A stretch of 20,573 nucleotides of DNA from an uncultured Acidobacteriota bacterium (GTDB taxonomy: Bacteria; Acidobacteriota; Vicinamibacteria; Vicinamibacterales; UBA8438), in NCBI GenBank assembly GCA_913043225.1, contig CAJWLU010000040.1, positions 1-20,573 of the forward strand. Reading direction: 5' to 3'. The translations under genes and the position numbers were made by a program. The notes beneath the pieces were generated by a model. It did not search any database. It worked only from the letters and a program-made list of their open reading frames with translations, and was not told where the DNA came from. Shown piece after piece: positions 16,974 through 20,573 of the stretch. The stretch's first letter is position 1, and each line of letters begins with the position of its first letter.

Positions 16974-17870
16974 ATGCGACATTCGACGATCCGTCTCACT
17001 TCGCTCGTGTTTCTCACACTCCTTGCGGTGAGTGTCGCCGGTCCAGCCGACGCGCAGTCACGAGGCCAGCTGTTTGCCCGCATCACCGACCAGGACGGCA
17101 CACCCGTCGAGGGACTGACCGCCGACAAGTTCGTGGTCCAGGAAGGTGGTGCGAACATGGACATCGTCTCGGTCGAGCCGGGGACCACACCGATGAAAAT
17201 GGCGCTGCTGGTCGACAATGGCGAAACGGTGTCGGTCGGGGGTGCGCTGGGCCTCCTCCGAGGTTCGATGCAGAGATTCTTCGAGACGCTGGAAGGCGAA
17301 CATGAGATCGCCATCTACAGCATCGCTGGCAACATTACGGAGGTACAGGACTTCACGAGCGATCGCGAAGTGCTAATCGAAGCCTCAGACGGCCTGTTCG
17401 GCGGCAGAGGCGGCAGCCGATTCATCGATGGCATCATGGAGACCTGGGAACGGCGTTTCTCGCCAGACGACTTCTGGCCGGTCATCACCGTGCTCACCAC
17501 CGACGGTCCGGAAGGCAGCGGCAACGTCAACGAGAACGAGTTCAGCGACTTTGTGATCGACCTGGTGGGCAAGGCCGCCACGGTCAACGTGCTCGTGCTG
17601 TCGACGCAAGGTGGCGGTCTCCAGACCCAGATTGGCCAGAACCTCACCTCGAACACTACCGGCTACTACAACTCAATCGTGGCTCCCAGCGGCCTCTCCA
17701 ATGCGATGGAAGGGATGGCCAACGCCATCAACGAACACTACACCGAGATGTCGGATCGCTACCGGCTGGTGTACGAGCGCCCGGGTGACGAGCCTGGCGG
17801 CCAGGTCGGCGCCGGTGTGGCGGGCCAGCTAAACATGCAACTGTTCGGCGACCGTCGCCGGCAGCAGTAA
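16974..17870 (+). CDS. Secreted VWA-like domain protein (paralog of 5625-6551)
   Basis: Signal peptide ending ADA-Q. DQDGTPVEGLTADKFVVQEGG, MALLVDNG, DFTSDRE, LTTDGPE, and YRLVY. SD GGAG. Confidence 0.82.
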   Translation: MRHSTIRLTSLVFLTLLAVSVAGPADAQSRGQLFARITDQDGTPVEGLTADKFVVQEGGANMDIVSVEPGTTPMKMALLVDNGETVSVGGALGLLRGSMQRFFETLEGEHEIAIYSIAGNITEVQDFTSDREVLIEASDGLFGGRGGSRFIDGIMETWERRFSPDDFWPVITVLTTDGPEGSGNVNENEFSDFVIDLVGKAATVNVLVLSTQGGGLQTQIGQNLTSNTTGYYNSIVAPSGLSNAMEGMANAINEHYTEMSDRYRLVYERPGDEPGGQVGAGVAGQLNMQLFGDRRRQQ

Positions 17871-17899
17871 CGCATCTCGGTTTCGGACGCCCGCGCTGG

Positions 17900-17930
17900 A
17901 GCCTGGCTGGAATGGGTAAAATGCCAGGCT
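17900..17930 (+). promoter_or_regulatory. -10 element bracketed by a perfect 8-bp inverted repeat
   Basis: AGCCTGGC (17900-17907), a 15-nt spacer containing TAAAAT (17917-17922), then GCCAGGCT (17923-17930), immediately followed by ATG 17931. Confidence 0.5.
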
Positions 17931-19340
17931 ATGTCTAGGCTGCCAGCCGCGGGATCCACCGCCCCCGCCTTCTCGCTCGGTGATCGTGCCGGCGGCCAGG
18001 TCGACCTTACCGAGGTCGCTGCCCCTGGCACACTCCTCTTCTTCTTCAAACACGACTGCGACACCTGCGACCTGACGGCGCCGCTCGTGGTTCGCCTACA
18101 AGACGCCCTGGCGACGAGCGGCCTGCTGTTCGTCGGTGTCTCACAGGACGACCCGAGCCACACGACCGTCTTCGTCGACCGTCACCAGCTCAGCTTCCCC
18201 ATTGCGCTCGACTCCGAACTCCATGTCTCGGACGACTACGGGTTCGATGCGGTGCCCGCACTCGTCCTGCTGGGACCGGATCGTCAGGTACTGGCCAGCT
18301 ACGAGGGCTTCGCACGAACCGATCTGGCCGGTCTGATCGAGTTCGCGGCCAAGCAATGTGGCGCCGAGACACCGCCTATCGTGACCGAGAGCGATGGCTT
18401 GCCCAAGATGCGTCCGGGCTGCGGTTCAAAAGCGCACGCTCCGGACGTGGCCCAGCGCCTGGCGGTCCGTCGGGGCGCAGCTGTGCTTAGCGCGAGACGG
18501 GTTCGGGTGCCGGTCGACGACGACCCCTTCGAGTTTCTCGCGGCCCAAGGGCTCGGCGATGGGCTTCCCGTGGTACCTCCCACCGAGGAACGGGTGCTCC
18601 GGATGCTCGAGGGCACGAGTCGCAGCCCATCGGACGTGGTGGCCCACATCCCGCCAAACCTGACCCCGGCGACGGTCGAGAAGGTCGCGATCAATGCGGT
18701 TATGTCCGGCTGTTTGCCCGAGTATCTTCCAGTGGTCATCGCCGCGGCCGAAGCCGCCTGCACCGACGAGTTCAACCTGCACGGCGTGCTGGCCACTACC
18801 TACTTCGCCACGCCGGTGATCGTGGTCAACGGACCGATCCGGGACGAGATCGACGTCAACTGCGGCCGGAACATGTTCGGGCAAGGGTTCCGCGCCAACG
18901 CGACGATCGGACGTGCCCTGCAACTGCTAGTCCGGAACGTCGGAGGCGGACGCCCCGGCGACGTCGACATGTCGACGCTGGGACAACCTGGTAAGTTCAC
19001 CTGCTGCGTGGGGGAGCGGGAAGACCTCAGCCCCTGGGAACCGTTGCACGTCGAGCGCGGATTCTCACCGGAAACCAGTACCGTCACGGTCTTCGCGGGC
19101 GAGGCGCCACGCGCCATTCGCGACCAGCTCTCCCGCTCCGCCCGATCGCTCGGCGCCAGCATGGGCTGGTGCCTCGAATGCCATCGTGATCCGGCGCCGC
19201 ATGTGCGGAATCCAGATCTCGTCACCCAGTTGGAATGGGGATGGGACATGGGAGCCGCGGAGCGACTGGCCGAGGGTGCCCACTGGCTGTCCGCCAATCA
19301 CCTCAACCCGTCACAGGACTGCTCGACATGCCACCGATGA
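17931..19340 (+). CDS. Chimeric ORF: AhpC/TSA-TlpA thioredoxin domain + truncated 'DGLPVVPPT' domain, fused in frame to the ActA C-terminus
   Basis: CDTC thioredoxin motif and cis-Pro VP, RPGCGS linker, GDGLPVVPPTEERV, TVEKVAINAVMSGC, GFRANATIGRALQL. From about 19160 the sequence reads SMGWCLECHR...CSTCHR. Confidence 0.8.
   Translation: MSRLPAAGSTAPAFSLGDRAGGQVDLTEVAAPGTLLFFFKHDCDTCDLTAPLVVRLQDALATSGLLFVGVSQDDPSHTTVFVDRHQLSFPIALDSELHVSDDYGFDAVPALVLLGPDRQVLASYEGFARTDLAGLIEFAAKQCGAETPPIVTESDGLPKMRPGCGSKAHAPDVAQRLAVRRGAAVLSARRVRVPVDDDPFEFLAAQGLGDGLPVVPPTEERVLRMLEGTSRSPSDVVAHIPPNLTPATVEKVAINAVMSGCLPEYLPVVIAAAEAACTDEFNLHGVLATTYFATPVIVVNGPIRDEIDVNCGRNMFGQGFRANATIGRALQLLVRNVGGGRPGDVDMSTLGQPGKFTCCVGEREDLSPWEPLHVERGFSPETSTVTVFAGEAPRAIRDQLSRSARSLGASMGWCLECHRDPAPHVRNPDLVTQLEWGWDMGAAERLAEGAHWLSANHLNPSQDCSTCHR
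19158..19340 (+). pseudogene. actA: 3' remnant of alternative complex III multiheme cytochrome c subunit
   Basis: MGWCLECHRDP and terminal DCSTCHR* match the last two heme motifs of ActA. The stop overlaps the actB start (ATGA), as in act operons. The N-terminal TM helix and earlier hemes are absent. Confidence 0.8.
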
Positions 19341-20573
19341 AGCATGAAGATTCAGGCCGGTCCTACTGGCGAAGCCTCGATGAACTGGCGGATACGCCGG
19401 AGTTCAAGACGTTCATGCACCGCGAGTTTCCAGCGGGCGCATCGGAGTTGATGGAGGATGATCGTCGGTCCTTCCTGAAGATCATGGGCGCCTCCATCGC
19501 GCTTGCGGGCGTGGGTCTTACCGGCTGTCGCCGTTGGCCTGAGCAGATGGTCCTTCCCTACGCCGAGCGACCGGAAGGTTCCGCGCCGGGGATGGCGGAT
19601 GCCTATGCAACAATCATGGAACTCGGTGGCGTGGCCACCGGTACCCTCGTGACGTCATACAACGGCCGACCGACGAAGATCGAGGGCAACCCCGATCATC
19701 CCGGCAGTCACGGTGCGACGACGCGCTACATGCAGGCGAGCATCCTGGACCTCTACGATCCCGATCGTTCCCGCACGCCGAAGATCGCCGGGGAAGAGAA
19801 GCGGACAAGTGCGACGTGGGATGAATGGGACTCCTTCTCCGCAACGCATTTCGATGCCCTCAGGAGCAGCGGCGGGGCGGGCTTCTGGATTCTCTCCGAG
19901 GCGACCCGCTCACCGAGCATCGAGGCGCAGCAGGCAGAGTTGCGATCCCAGTTCCCCAAGGCCACCTGGGTCACGTGGGAACCCCTCCAGAACGCGAACG
20001 AGGCCGAGGGTCTGACCGAGGCCTTCGGCATCCGCGTTCGCCCCGTGCATGACCTGACCAAGGCACGCCTGATCGTCTCCTTCGATTCCGACTTCCTGAA
20101 CGTGAATCCCGATGTCCTGAACATGTCCGGTGGCTGGGCCGCGGGCCGTCGTCCGGACCATGGTTCCATGAGCCGCATGCTGATGGTCGAATCCGGGCTG
20201 AGTGTCACGGGTTCGACGGCCGATGATCGTTGGGCCATGCCCTCCTCGAGGATCCCGGTGCTGGTCGCTCGCGTCGCGGCCAACGTCCTGGGCAACGCCT
20301 CCATCGCCGAACCATTCAAGGACAGCGGCGTCGAGACACCGGACGCGGACCTCATTGCCGATCAACTGAAGGGTGCGGCCGGTACGGGCGCAATCCTGGC
20401 CGGCCCGTCGCAGCCTCCTTTCGTTCACCGCCTCGTCGCGATGATGAATGATGCGTTGGGCAATGCCGGGACCACCGTTTCCCACATTCGCGAGAACGCC
20501 GAGTCGATCCGCACCGCTTCGATCAACGACCTCGCGTCCGGAATGAACGCCGGTGGCGTGGAAACGCTGCTGA
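19337..20573 (+). CDS. actB: Alternative complex III molybdopterin-oxidoreductase-like subunit, 5' part (runs off the right edge; not in the ORF track)
   Basis: Manual translation: MKHEDSGRSYWRSLDELADTPEF...REFP...DRRSFLKIMGASIALAGVGLTGC (TAT signal plus Cys)...GRPTKIEGNPDHP...QASILDLYDPDRS. The frame stays open to the window end. Confidence 0.94.
   Translation, partial: MKHEDSGRSYWRSLDELADTPEFKTFMHREFPAGASELMEDDRRSFLKIMGASIALAGVGLTGCRRWPEQMVLPYAERPEGSAPGMADAYATIMELGGVATGTLVTSYNGRPTKIEGNPDHPGSHGATTRYMQASILDLYDPDRSRTPKIAGEEKRTSATWDEWDSFSATHFDALRSSGGAGFWILSEATRSPSIEAQQAELRSQFPKATWVTWEPLQNANEAEGLTEAFGIRVRPVHDLTKARLIVSFDSDFLNVNPDVLNMSGGWAAGRRPDHGSMSRMLMVESGLSVTGSTADDRWAMPSSRIPVLVARVAANVLGNASIAEPFKDSGVETPDADLIADQLKGAAGTGAILAGPSQPPFVHRLVAMMNDALGNAGTTVSHIRENAESIRTASINDLASGMNAGGVETLL

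Noticed and set aside
18408..18430. Possible selenocysteine at the PGCGS motif
   Set aside because: The codon is TGC (Cys), and there is no in-frame TGA in the gene.
1..20573. CRISPR arrays, IS elements, integrases, prophage genes
   Set aside because: No regularly spaced repeats, transposase or recombinase motifs, or terminal repeats were seen, including at the two junctions.

Overview
High-GC bacterial window. The gene content (two secreted VWA-like paralogs, a periplasmic PQQ dehydrogenase, a tandem GlcG/HbpS heme-binding protein) suggests Acidobacteriota; this is inference only. The left half holds the 5' part of aroC, a quinone oxidoreductase/HAD pair, and a minus-strand run of MFS transporter, beta-repeat protein, dienelactone hydrolase and DUF6116-like protein. 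In the centre, a type II NADH dehydrogenase-like flavoprotein fused to a C-terminal cyclic-nucleotide-binding domain, preceded by an unannotated 48-aa ORF, is transcribed divergently from an FHA-GAF-class III adenylate cyclase. This is the best candidate for an undescribed system: cAMP control of a redox enzyme. The right half holds a truncated heme-binding protein, a secreted MBL-fold hydrolase, a PQQ dehydrogenase coupled to a nucleoside hydrolase, and a thioredoxin-fold fusion whose frame switches near 19160 into the C-terminus of alternative complex III ActA, followed by the 5' part of actB. Two abrupt junctions (about 11685 and about 19160) indicate deletion, rearrangement or assembly chimerism. 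No rRNA, tRNA, CRISPR array or mobile element was found.
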